A program made the translations under genes and the position numbers. Below, piece after piece: positions 28,801-38,353 of a stretch of DNA of 40,655 nt (the first letter of the stretch is position 1; every line of letters starts with the position of its first letter). Source of the DNA: Stramenopiles sp. TOSAG23-2 (taxonomy: Eukaryota); assembly GCA_900128395.1 (NCBI GenBank), contig LT649307.1:1-40655 (forward strand), given 5' to 3'. The notes under the pieces are model-generated. The model was not told the DNA's origin. It ran no database searches and saw nothing but the letters and a program-made list of their open reading frames with translations.

Positions 28801-30798
28801 CTTTTTCTTTTTCTTCTTTTTCTTTTTCTTTTTTCTTTCTGCTTTTGCATCTTCTTCATCTAATTCTTTGATTAGCTCATCTGCATTTTGCCTTGCAATA
28901 TCATCAAATCTTTTTACCATATCCTTTGCCATATCTTGATACGGTTTTGGTAAATGAAATTTTACGCCTTTGATCGAAACATCTGGACCACCATCTTCTG
29001 GAAACGATTCCTTTTCATCATCTTTCGAGCCATTTCCTCTTAAAATTTTCCTGTTTCCACTACGTCGATCATTGCTATTTCTTTTTCTCCCACCTTGAAA
29101 TGGTTCGTCTTCTTCATCTTCATCCTCCTCGTATACCTCTTCAATCTCCACATTATCATAATGTGTCGTTACTTTACGTATGCCCCGTTTCTTTTTCCCT
29201 TTTAAACCCATATCCACGCTTTGCAGCACCTGTTCTAGATTCGATATATCTTTAGAAATAATTTCACACGCTTCAATAGGGAAGAACCTCACTCCATTCC
29301 CCGTTTCGACTTTCACCATCGTATCATCTTTAGCAGGTTTTTTGAGTACAAAACCATCCCAATCATTGTGTTTATTTCGAACGTGCTTACCCTCTGTTAA
29401 TAGGTCCAACATATTACTATTCTTCTTTTTACTCTTTTTTTTGCTTCTCTTTTTTGCATTATTCGCAGGAGCAGTGACATGCTTCTGAAGCTCGGGGTCG
29501 ATCAATAATCCTTGAATGATATCTTCTTTTGTTAATATACTATTACTGTTGCTATCGTCTTCGTTTTCATTTTTATTCTCTACCACCACTGCACCATTAT
29601 TGTTACCATTTTTCCTCTTATTCTTCTTATTTTTATTGCTACTTTTTGGTAATGATGCTAATTCAATGTATTGCATGACACGTGCTGCTTCTTTGCCAGC
29701 TTCTTTTTCTATTTCCAATGCCTTTTTACTAAATCTAGTATGACCAAGATTAGCATGTTTTCTCATCGCATTAAATTTTCCACCTTTTTTAATTAATAAT
29801 TTAGCCATTTCAATTTCATTCCAAATAATAGCCATGTCTAACGGTGTCAACATGTGTGATGAAAAGTGGCCACCACAATTATCATTTGTTTGTGCATTCA
29901 AAAACCCATAAGATAACTTGTTTCTATTTAATAGCCGTTTGAACAATTTCATTGGCTGCAATGTGATGTTGCTATCGCCTTCGCCATTATCATCCTCATT
30001 CACATTGCGAAGTGCATTTCGCTGACTTGCCCCACGGCAAGTTATTAATAAGTGCAATGCATTTCGTCCATTTTTTAATTTAACATCTATTTTCGCACCA
30101 TGAGATAATAAATATTCACCTAGCTTTGCATTGCCATGATAACATGCTATTAGAAACGGCGTATATCCATCCAGGTGGCTTTGATAATGGACATTGGCAC
30201 CAGCATTTACAAGAATTTCAGTTATATCCATATGTTTTTGATCAATAGCTGTCATTAAACATGTTTCAAACTTCGTATTATTAATTTGCAATTCATGCTT
30301 TTTATTCTCATCAATCGTGGCAATACCTTTAGATTTTTTTTGTTCAAATTGAAATGAAACATCTTCAAAATCGTGGATGTAATTTACATCAGCATTGGTC
30401 GTTTCAAGGATCTTTTTCATGCCATCAAGATTATGTATTTTAACAGATGCATAAAGTCTTAAATTTAATACTTTTTGTTTCTCACTGATACTTTTCTTTT
30501 TACTTGTATTCTTTTTTTTCTTTTTTTTCCTCGACGTATTATTATTTCCAGATGCATTTGATGTTTTCTTTGTCCCTGATATTCCATAAGCATTGCCATT
30601 GTTGATTTGTATACTAATACCTTCAACATGTTTCTTCAACCCAGCAAGCGAAGTAATGGAACTAAGCATATCAATACTAGAACTATCAAGGTTTTCAGAA
30701 TGTAAATAACTTTCTTTTAATAAATTTGATAGTTCGACTGGTAAATAATCCATCACATCTTCGGTGATTTCAATATGATGTCCTCGATCATTTGACAT
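25870..30798 (-). CDS. Ankyrin-repeat protein with poly-Lys segment, putative KH domain and Q/N-rich tail (~1642 aa)
   Basis: Ankyrin motifs (TCLMTA, GYTPFLIAC, GRNALHL, TPLDMAI) and KH-like GPGGLYLKHFEISQTTKILV. Start moved to the ATG at 30798 because the upstream 48 codons are TA/TG microsatellite. Confidence 0.85.
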   Translation of the reverse strand: MSNDRGHHIEITEDVMDYLPVELSNLLKESYLHSENLDSSSIDMLSSITSLAGLKKHVEGISIQINNGNAYGISGTKKTSNASGNNNTSRKKKKKKNTSKKKSISEKQKVLNLRLYASVKIHNLDGMKKILETTNADVNYIHDFEDVSFQFEQKKSKGIATIDENKKHELQINNTKFETCLMTAIDQKHMDITEILVNAGANVHYQSHLDGYTPFLIACYHGNAKLGEYLLSHGAKIDVKLKNGRNALHLLITCRGASQRNALRNVNEDDNGEGDSNITLQPMKLFKRLLNRNKLSYGFLNAQTNDNCGGHFSSHMLTPLDMAIIWNEIEMAKLLIKKGGKFNAMRKHANLGHTRFSKKALEIEKEAGKEAARVMQYIELASLPKSSNKNKKNKRKNGNNNGAVVVENKNENEDDSNSNSILTKEDIIQGLLIDPELQKHVTAPANNAKKRSKKKSKKKNSNMLDLLTEGKHVRNKHNDWDGFVLKKPAKDDTMVKVETGNGVRFFPIEACEIISKDISNLEQVLQSVDMGLKGKKKRGIRKVTTHYDNVEIEEVYEEDEDEEDEPFQGGRKRNSNDRRSGNRKILRGNGSKDDEKESFPEDGGPDVSIKGVKFHLPKPYQDMAKDMVKRFDDIARQNADELIKELDEEDAKAERKKKKKKKKKKKKKKDDGNKNDVSNNKNKSNANDTNKTTKNRSDGGKVQKEPTTAGEGNGTNKKNKGKVKHVEEQKSNTKVASSKVGETKKNTKVKNNSRSNLQNDDGGGKSDFDGDDDDDDEDDDDDDIMALAGWASNKANSKKGTSKKNSSKAKKSNVPNSPDRKNFHLELDNETDYLVNALYDRQTYEGPGGLYLKHFEISQTTKILVDVDDEDEDQEKGLEILLGGVNGGRLKLLSNKKMSSHAFQYCNLTLEKLGATVRLQPAGEKIELFNVNNRRVVDTNRVNLWHSFNASFDPNEAASSTDVQQHAHKRSNATSFSGRNTFKTNSGNNAHDNRSSYSNRSKYHNNKYNSNSRPSNRNNSFNSHNRYDDRNPKNRYVERQTSTRSSGGNNNKYESGNDQRKNRSPHSSKQSSPYSSPTSLVQSAPNSPPQQNLKQRAGNTNERESSIKYAESRKKEHQTRKLKITKRSVREPLTLDEDSKEEDNVTSPIASSSVFLPESSGIRSNKDVMSINNSDRKVSRQQHVETNPKQRQAQYHNNSIRKRQQPSQEQQFQTLQAIESNMLSNSGDPGVGEMQHPQQQQSMQSNNMQQMQLEQQQQHQQYFSGRLRQEQQQQQEQQHQEPHQHRRGNNDFDQSRRIMLQQQNRNNANNDVPSQMMHMTSQVSQQQMDYMDRNHSSINKQQHQHQRQQEASSQHHHHRNYNGHNIPPSMQRQQVRRSNNASLSSQGNGNWNNISSTQMPMQQRQMMQQNMQRMPIQQQQQFYPGNINSRINNSNMQRSVSEPLQRPQALQQQQMENVMNSNGNNNWSNLSDNGGGNNIPRNLQHQTMVNTNSTQNIMWQQQQHQQPHLNTRGNLNAKNRPPPGYGNVSVSTTMEMQQRQQIPLTQTPIGGSGFSGNNMVIPMASSNIGDNMMNNSSNNNYGGISSNDNRIIQHQEQQLPLGGVGNTISTSLWGDNNPGSNDNGSNGATNSSWSLTGGSNVW

Positions 30799-31549
30799 CT
30801 TTTTGTTTGTTTGTGAGCTTCTTTTTGTTGTCGTTACCAAAAAAAGAAAACACACACACACACACACGTACAAACCAATTAACGAATATATATATATATA
30901 TATATATAAGTATATATAGTAAATGAAAGGGTTAATGTTCACAAGCCATACTATATTAAAATATTAAATATTTGTATTAATGCACTAAATAATAATAATT
31001 TTAATTTTTTTTTATTTCTTCTTCTTCGATTTTTTCGTTCTTCCAGGATTTTAATTTTATAATTTGTCCACTAATTTCTAATGGTACATAGGCCTACAAT
31101 AACACTAAAAACTAAAAAAATTGCTATATAAAATTGCAAAACTATAAAATATAATATCATAATTAGAAAAATATCTCCGAATCTAAATCACCGATCACCT
31201 ATTTATATTCTCCTATTCTTTATAATATTATAGTACAGATTATGAATACTGTATTTGATCGAGGACTACACCACTACACCATCCGCTGCTTTATTAGCGT
31301 GAGTTCGTGAGTTTGTGAGTTCTTATGTTTAGTATAGTCTTTTAATTAAATCTAGAATGACTCCCTTATTAGACTTACTATTATTCTATTAGACAAAGCC
31401 AGAAAGCTGGAAAGCCTCGGCTCGGGAAAGCCATGGTAATGGCCAGGAATTTAGATTAAGCCCTCCTCCCGACTAATACAGTACAGTACAGTCTACAAAC
31501 TGTGCGCCCTCGTCGATATTCAGAAAACCTTAATGTTTCTGTGCTGTGT

Positions 31550-33722
31550 CCCCTACCTCCAAATTTCGGGCTCTCACGCGTTTACGATAGTATTACGCTT
31601 GCGGACAAAACTCCTCTAGGGAGACTATATGTAGGTAGAAGAGGCCCACCAGTGCTGTACGTATCAGGGGGGCATCGCTGGCAGGTATCAGCGCTGCAAA
31701 TACATTGATTCTCTTTACTACATAGAATTGGCCTTTGAATCGATCGCGTCCTTTGGAGGTTGTCTCCCTTGCCAGGAGGGTCTTTAAATACATATTTCTG
31801 TAAATGCTTTATGTAGGTACAGCCATAAGGAATATTTTTATATATAGTATGGCTAAAGCCCGTATTGTTATCTTTCGCTCTGTTTTGCCACGCTGCATCA
31901 ATACACACTTCTTTAGTTGGAATAGGCTCAACGCAAGGCCACGGATGTCGGATATAATATCTAAAATAATCCAACCGTTCCTGCCTCGTATGGGACGTTT
32001 TATGTTTTCCAGCACTGCCATATATAGCACGTCCCTCCTCACATCGCTTGGTATTCTTTTTATGTACACATGATGAAATGGATTGTGATGGTTGGTTAGT
32101 GATTGTAAAAGGTCTCTCTTCAGGGCATATAGTACAGGCTGCTCCAACTCCTCCTTTGCTATAAGTTCCATAAGGACATTTAGTGCACGCTTTATTCCTG
32201 TCTGGTTTACAAATACATTGAAATGTTTCAGTACACAAAGCTCGGCTTGTGAGAGCTTCGTTATACACAAATGCTTGTAAATGTCTGAGATAAAGACACC
32301 CGGTCGGATATGCAGTCGTTTTAATAGCATTGTCTCGAAAACGCACATCCATCTTAAGCGTGTCTTTCATTTCTTGTACATATTTTTTGCATTCGTTGAA
32401 GGAGTCAACTAACTTTTTTTTTTCACATGTTCCATCGATTCGAATGCCAGTATCATAACCGGATCCAGGTGGACATGGAGGACCTACATGCTTCTCCTTT
32501 TTGTTTATTGTAGCCCCAGATGCACCTGTCATTGTACCTATTCCAGTTGAACTACTAGCACTAATTGCATTGTTCCTTCCTAACATTTCTATGGAATCAA
32601 ATACACCGGGATCCTGTCTGTGGTTCCTGAATATAATCCCACGTGTACTTATAAAACGCCTTTCGTTGCCAATAGCAATGGCGTGAAACAGCCCACATAA
32701 AACAATCAAAGACGTACATATCAATTTCATTCCCCGGATGGTATAATCGTTCTACTTGTTCTTTGTGCTTTTGTAAAAAGAAAATGAAAACAAATACAAT
32801 ACAACCGAATTTTCTCAAACTTCTTGAATTATTATTATTTCAAAGTATTGTTTACTATTCTATCTATACGTAGCTGGTGCTTGGTTACAAACAAAATACT
32901 TGCTCGTCCCGATCAAAACTATTCTCAAACTACGTTGAAAATATCCTCTTACTTTTTTAAAATACCGCGCACGTGAATGTCAACACCGCAGTAGATTCTA
33001 TATCTATTCGTTGGTTGTTTTATTTCTTCTTTCACTTTTCTTTGTCTGTTTTGACGTTTCTGCTTTAGTTAGTTTGTTTCTTGTGTAACTATATATATTG
33101 TATTGTTGTTAGTTAGAACACTGTAAACCAACAGGGTGCCCTCCCACTTTTTTAAATATCCTTTTTCCTTCCAGCCACTTTCCTCGTTTAACGGTATGCC
33201 CCTGTATGTTTCAGACATCAAACCATATAGCATTGCCACACCATCCAGAATCCTAACACATAGGGAAACAGACTACAGCCTTCCCATAGTCTCGCCTCTC
33301 CTCCAAGAAACAAAAACATGAACTTGCTTAGACTCTTTGCTCGTCTAACAGCGGGTAGTCTAGCAACGCACGCGCACATAGGCCGCAGGTTTCTTGACTC
33401 TAGGTAATATGTTACTTGAGCGGCATATTCTTATCGAATGCGGATTCTTTTTCACCGATTCGGATACAATAGTATAGTCGTATTGCTATGGTAATGTGAA
33501 AGCTATTTTTGGCATCCTCCCGACCGAATAAAAAAACAACCGATACTGTGTACCTGCTAATGAACCAGTTGCGGATATTTTTAAGCGGTCCAATATGATA
33601 GGCAAACCGGTGTGGTGAATGCTACGGTACATTTTCGTACTTATTTTACCTGTTTTAGGAGTTTTGTCCGCAAGCGTAATACTATCGTAAACGCGTGAGA
33701 GCCCGAAATTTGGAGGTAGGGG
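31550..33722. repeat. Perfect 66-bp inverted repeat pair (31550-31615 and 33657-33722)
   Basis: cccctacctccaaatttcggg...gcggacaaaactcct is the exact reverse complement of 33657-33722; no target-site duplication is visible. Confidence 0.92.
31582..32730 (-). CDS. Secreted Cys-rich repeat protein with CxxCPxGTYS modules; C-terminus probably truncated
   Basis: Signal peptide; two copies of a C..EC...(Y/I)P.GC.Y..HLQ..V...LC....QCIC module, each followed by CxxCPxxTYSxGG; the stop codon lies inside the 66-bp inverted repeat. Confidence 0.8.
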   Translation of the reverse strand: MKLICTSLIVLCGLFHAIAIGNERRFISTRGIIFRNHRQDPGVFDSIEMLGRNNAISASSSTGIGTMTGASGATINKKEKHVGPPCPPGSGYDTGIRIDGTCEKKKLVDSFNECKKYVQEMKDTLKMDVRFRDNAIKTTAYPTGCLYLRHLQAFVYNEALTSRALCTETFQCICKPDRNKACTKCPYGTYSKGGVGAACTICPEERPFTITNQPSQSISSCVHKKNTKRCEEGRAIYGSAGKHKTSHTRQERLDYFRYYIRHPWPCVEPIPTKEVCIDAAWQNRAKDNNTGFSHTIYKNIPYGCTYIKHLQKYVFKDPPGKGDNLQRTRSIQRPILCSKENQCICSADTCQRCPPDTYSTGGPLLPTYSLPRGVLSASVILS

Positions 33723-33782
33723 TTATGAGTAAATTTTAAAAAAATAAATTATTCTCGTATAATATATATATGCTAAAAATTT

Positions 33783-35837
33783 TTAATCCCACTGATTTGC
33801 TTTCTTATATGCTTCAGCAGCTTTGATGATAGCATCTTTACCTGCACTATTGATTCGTATCATTTTGTCGTTATGCCCATCTCTCATGTTACTAAAATAT
33901 GTTTGCCGACGACCTCCTCCAACAAATGGTGCTTGCATTGCATGGGCATTCATTTTTTGTTTCTGTGCGACACGCATCCATTTTTCATATTCTGCTAAAG
34001 CAGTAGTATTGTTACCTGATTTGTTGTTATTATTATTATTATTAGTTGGCGATCTTGGGGACGTTGTTGTTGTTCTGCTATAATTATTACTATTATTAGT
34101 TGGCGATCTTGGAGACTTTCTTGATCTTGGAGAAGTTCTTGTTGATCGTTTTGCACTTTCAGTTTGAACTTCATCCATATACCTAGTGCTCCACCACGCT
34201 CCTTGACCAACATGAGGTTTAAATTTTGCCTCTAATGGAACATTGCCTTCACTTGATGATGCTTGATTAATTTTTCGACGAATAATTTTCTTAACAGTTT
34301 TTAAATCTTTACCAGAATCTAATATATTGGTAAAACGTTTCTTTCCAACTAAATCAATAACTAATTTCAAAGCCTTTTCCTTCTCCTTTCTTTCACGAGC
34401 TAATGCCTTTTTTAATGATTCAACATTGCTATTATCACTCGGTGATCCTGTCAATGTTATGGCATTACTATTATTGTTATTATTACCACTCTTTAATGAT
34501 TTTAATTCTCGCTCATATTTTCTAATTTTATGTTGCATTTCTTTCACTTTCTCCTCATCAACATCATTATCATCATTACCTGTTTCCCAATCATCATCAT
34601 CGCTATCACTATTGTCATCTGTATTTTTACTTGCTGAAGATGATGTAGAAGCACTTTTCAATTTCTCAATTTCTTCCATTTGTTCAGTAACTTTTTTCTT
34701 CTCATCCTTTAAATCATCATCTAATATTTGTTTTTCCTTTTTCAACAATTCGTTTTGCTTTTTGGTTTGCTTTAATTCTAAATCTTTTGCCTTCATTTCT
34801 TTTTCTAATTGTTCAATACGTCGTTTCAATGACCCGGCATTGTCATTATTATTATTATCGTTATTATTATCATTATTTTCATCATCGACAGCTACAGTTT
34901 TCTTCGTAAAAGTTTTTGTTGGTGATGAAGACTTTTTAAAAGATGATGATGTTGTTGGTGTTTTTTTTACATTTGTTATTGGTGATGATGTTATTATTTT
35001 TTTACCTGATGTTTTTCTCTTTAACTCAGCAAGAAAATCTGCTTTGTTTGGTTTGGGAGGTGGTGGTCTTGCCATTTGTGGTGGTGGTCTTGGTGCAGGT
35101 GGACGTGCCGGCGGCGGTGCTGGTGGTCTAGGTGGATTGTTGTTGTTGTTTATTGATGGTGGTCTAGGTGAATTGTTGTTGTTTTTTATCGCTGGTGGTC
35201 TTGGTGGATTGTTGTTGTATTTTATCGCTGGTGGCAATGATGTTGGTACAAGCGGTGGCCTTGGCAGATTGTTGTTGTTGCTTTTTATTGCAGGTGGCAC
35301 AGATCCTGGTGGAGCAGGAGGTGCTGGTGGTCTTGGTGGACTATCGTTTTTTATTGCAGGTGGCACAGATGCTGGCGGTGCTGGCGGTCTTGGCGGCCTA
35401 TTGTTTATCATTTCTGGCGACATAGATGGTGGTGGAGCCGGCGGTCGTGGTGGCGGTGCAGCTTTAGGTGGACCTGGAGGTGGTGGTAAACCTGGTGGGG
35501 ATGCCATTTTTAGTCCAGGCGGTTGATTTCCACCTCGTCCAGCCCTTGATGGTAATTTTTTCCTCATAGGTGGAGGACGTGTGTCGCTTATGCTAATCTT
35601 TCTCGATGTTCCTGGTGGTGATGGCGGCGGACCTGGTGGACCCGGTGGCGGCGGCGGAGGTGGAGTATCATTATCTTCATCAGGTGCATACGATGGTCTA
35701 TTTGTTGAAGGTGGACCAATATTTAATGCTGAGTTTCTTATCGTTGCTGGTGGTGGTGGTGGTGGTGCTGTTAAATCATCCAATGTACTGTTATTAAAAT
35801 TACCAGGTGGTGGAGGCGGCGGTGGTGGTGCATCCAT
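33783..35837 (-). CDS. Proline-rich protein with WH2-like motif and coiled coil (candidate actin regulator)
   Basis: ~260-aa polyproline region with PPRPPAPP repeats, then KADFLAELKRK and heptad coiled coils; 684 aa. Confidence 0.75.
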   Translation of the reverse strand: MDAPPPPPPPPGNFNNSTLDDLTAPPPPPPATIRNSALNIGPPSTNRPSYAPDEDNDTPPPPPPPGPPGPPPSPPGTSRKISISDTRPPPMRKKLPSRAGRGGNQPPGLKMASPPGLPPPPGPPKAAPPPRPPAPPPSMSPEMINNRPPRPPAPPASVPPAIKNDSPPRPPAPPAPPGSVPPAIKSNNNNLPRPPLVPTSLPPAIKYNNNPPRPPAIKNNNNSPRPPSINNNNNPPRPPAPPPARPPAPRPPPQMARPPPPKPNKADFLAELKRKTSGKKIITSSPITNVKKTPTTSSSFKKSSSPTKTFTKKTVAVDDENNDNNNDNNNNDNAGSLKRRIEQLEKEMKAKDLELKQTKKQNELLKKEKQILDDDLKDEKKKVTEQMEEIEKLKSASTSSSASKNTDDNSDSDDDDWETGNDDNDVDEEKVKEMQHKIRKYERELKSLKSGNNNNNSNAITLTGSPSDNSNVESLKKALARERKEKEKALKLVIDLVGKKRFTNILDSGKDLKTVKKIIRRKINQASSSEGNVPLEAKFKPHVGQGAWWSTRYMDEVQTESAKRSTRTSPRSRKSPRSPTNNSNNYSRTTTTSPRSPTNNNNNNNKSGNNTTALAEYEKWMRVAQKQKMNAHAMQAPFVGGGRRQTYFSNMRDGHNDKMIRINSAGKDAIIKAAEAYKKANQWD

Positions 35838-36287
35838 TCTTTCTAATATTCTTCTTCTTCTATCTTAATCTATATATAAATCTTAATCTCTTTATTTTTT
35901 TTTTAATCTTCTTTGTTAAAACTCTTGTTCCCCATGCCAGTGCATGCACTCTCTCTAAGTGTATAAATATAATTATAAATATAAAGAACTTTCCAATAAT
36001 TAAAAAAAGAAAGTATAAGTTATTATTATGATGAACGTATAAATCGATTCCTTTTTTTGGGTGTTCACTTCGTACTTACCTGGTATTATATTATATATTA
36101 AATAATATAAAATACCTATCAAATATATCATCTACAAGCTCCTTCAGAGTCCATGTTATCGGAAAGAGCTTAAAAATATGTAGAAATAGCATATAAATAC
36201 CATTAAAAATACACTCTATAGTACGTAATGTTAAATATATATAGCTTTTTACGTTTTAGTACCCTGAAATAAAAAGGTCTAAAAATA

Positions 36288-36518
36288 CCCGATATAATTG
36301 TTATTACTGTGCCGGCCAGTAGAAAATTTTCGGTACAAATTTTTTAGTATACTTAAACATTATATTACCTATCAAATACACAAATTAATCGGTTTTCAAT
36401 AATTTCGTGTGTGAGGTTTTGATTAGTTTGTGCATTTGATAGGTAATATAATGTTTAAAGTATATTAAAAAAATTTGTACCGAAAATTTTCTACCGGCAC
36501 AGTAAAAATTATATCGGG
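36288..36518. repeat. Imperfect inverted repeat, arms ~100 bp, 30-nt loop
   Basis: 36288-36390 pairs with 36421-36518, with a few transitions and indels; the termini are ccc...ggg. Confidence 0.9.
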
Positions 36519-36815
36519 ATATAGACGGTAAATTGAACTACCACCACGTGGTAATCGTTAATCGTTATAATAATTATTATAATATAATAATATGAACATG
36601 AATGTGTGTGATGCGAGATGTTATATATATTATTGTAATGCATGCATGTGCGTGAATTAATTATTGAATGCGTGTGCACGTGTATATAGCGTATATAGTT
36701 TTGCTGTGATTTTTTTGTTTGCTTGCTTTGACCCTAACTTTAAATGCATATAGTGCGATACGTATTGTACAGGATCTAATCTATCTTTTTTTTTTACGTA
36801 AAAAAAAAACAAAAC

Positions 36816-36956
36816 ATGAATTGTTGGTATTGTTCATCTGACGAAAGTTATTTTCTACGTGCCGTATTATTATCGCTGGTATTGGCGTTTGTAATACTAC
36901 CATCGTATTGTGTACATGGTGCAATGACGAAGACCTTCTTTCTTTCTCCATATTAA
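36816..36956 (+). CDS. Candidate 46-aa single-TM micro-ORF
   Basis: MNCWYCSSDESYFLRAVLLSLVLAFVILPSYCVHGAMTKTFFLSPY*; the aaaacATG context matches that of the ABCA gene. Confidence 0.22.
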   Translation: MNCWYCSSDESYFLRAVLLSLVLAFVILPSYCVHGAMTKTFFLSPY

Positions 36957-37344
36957 TATCTTTGGTGTTTTGATTTGTTGTACTAATGCAAAACATGGCC
37001 CTCCTATCAAAAATATCAAAAATATGAACTACCGTAGGCAAATAAATATAACCTCACATCATGTGTTAAATGTACCAATTAGGTTCCACCAAATGTTGCA
37101 CACTACCTGGCATTTTTGGTAGTCTAAAGCGGAAACAAATCCATAAATCCCTTAAAACGTCCTAAAATCCCTTAAAAATCCCAATATGTCGTTAAAAAAA
37201 AATGACTAAAAAACAACTAGTTGAATTGATGGTGATAAATGAAAGAAACGATGTGATATAGATCTATCGACGAAGTGTAAACAAGAGATAATACGGATCA
37301 ATACATATATATAGTACATATATAGTATATATATTATTATCATC

Positions 37345-37953
37345 ATGGCGGACAATGCATTTACAGGACAGATGGATACGGGAACCTCGCGTGGGGAAAC
37401 TTTAGGATCATCTGTTGGTTCCTTGGACGAACCAGTATCGGAAACAATTATGCGGGATTTACGTAAAATATATGTGAAATTACGTGTTGTCTTGCGGCCA
37501 CAAACGAATCAAGAGGAAACGTTACGCGAGTTAAGGCAATGGGATCTATGGGGTCCGTTGCTATTGTGCTTACTCCTATCAATCGTGTTAAGTGTAGGTG
37601 CGCCTACAGGGCAAGAGATGCTATTGTTTGCCTCTGTATTTTTCATATTCTGGGTCGGTAGTGCGGTAGTTACATTTAATGCACAATTACTTGGTGGTAA
37701 AATTTCATTTTTTCAAAGTGTCTGCGTCTTAGGCTATTGCATGTTTCCATTGAACATCGGCAGTATACTTTGTTACCTATGGTCCAACTGGATCTGGCGA
37801 GTTACAGTTACAAGCGTATGTTTGTTTTGGTCAACACGCGCATCGATAGTTTTTATTTCACAAATGATAGATGAAAAACGAAAAACATTAGCTGTTTATC
37901 CTGTAGTACTATTTTATTTGGTAATCTCATGGATGATTTTAATTTCTGGTTAA
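37345..37953 (+). CDS. YIPF6: Yip1-domain Golgi membrane protein, YIPF6-like
   Basis: LDEPVSETIMRDL, LRQWDLWGPL, LLGGKISFFQSVCVLGYC and LAVYPV.LFY motifs; 5 TM segments. Confidence 0.93.
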   Translation: MADNAFTGQMDTGTSRGETLGSSVGSLDEPVSETIMRDLRKIYVKLRVVLRPQTNQEETLRELRQWDLWGPLLLCLLLSIVLSVGAPTGQEMLLFASVFFIFWVGSAVVTFNAQLLGGKISFFQSVCVLGYCMFPLNIGSILCYLWSNWIWRVTVTSVCLFWSTRASIVFISQMIDEKRKTLAVYPVVLFYLVISWMILISG

Positions 37954-38353
37954 GAATAATATATTAGCAACTGCTATATGCAGGGAAACATACTTTATAT
38001 TTTTTAACATATATATATATAAAAAATAAAAAATGTAATGTCACAGAACGCAAAAACAAATATAAAAAGAAAGAGACTTATGTGTGTGTGCGTGTTTTGC
38101 ATAAATAGAGAAAAAGAGAACAAGAAAGAAATAGTCGGGAGAGATTGAGTATATATAAATAATATATGATATATTAATGTATCTGATATTTAATATTTAA
38201 AATTACCTGTATGATATTATAAAAAATACATATACATCTAATGAGTAAAAAAAATTAAAAAATGTATGGTACCTCTCTCGCACTCTCCATCCTCTTAATA
38301 CTTTAATCCGGACTACCACATGCGCGCGTTTTCTTTCTCTTTTAAATAATAAA

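Noticed and set aside
28406-29743. Plus-strand Phe/Leu/Ser-rich ORFs that look like membrane proteins
   Set aside because: Antisense of the poly-Lys/Asp/Asn tracts in the ankyrin gene.
30799-30942. 48-aa N-terminal extension of the ankyrin ORF resembling a signal anchor
   Set aside because: Encoded by (TA)n/(TG)n microsatellite from a non-ATG start; the ATG at 30798 is more credible.
33318-33680. Possible small spliced gene (MNLLRLFARL..., intron-like gtac...ttttag before the 66-bp repeat)
   Set aside because: I could not build a consistent exon chain; transcript data are needed.
34327-35868. 399-aa and 95-aa Gly-rich plus-strand ORFs
   Set aside because: Antisense of the polyproline gene.
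37137-37183. Telomere-like (aaatccctta) repeats
   Set aside because: Only about five degenerate units, internal and irregular; they cannot be called telomeric.
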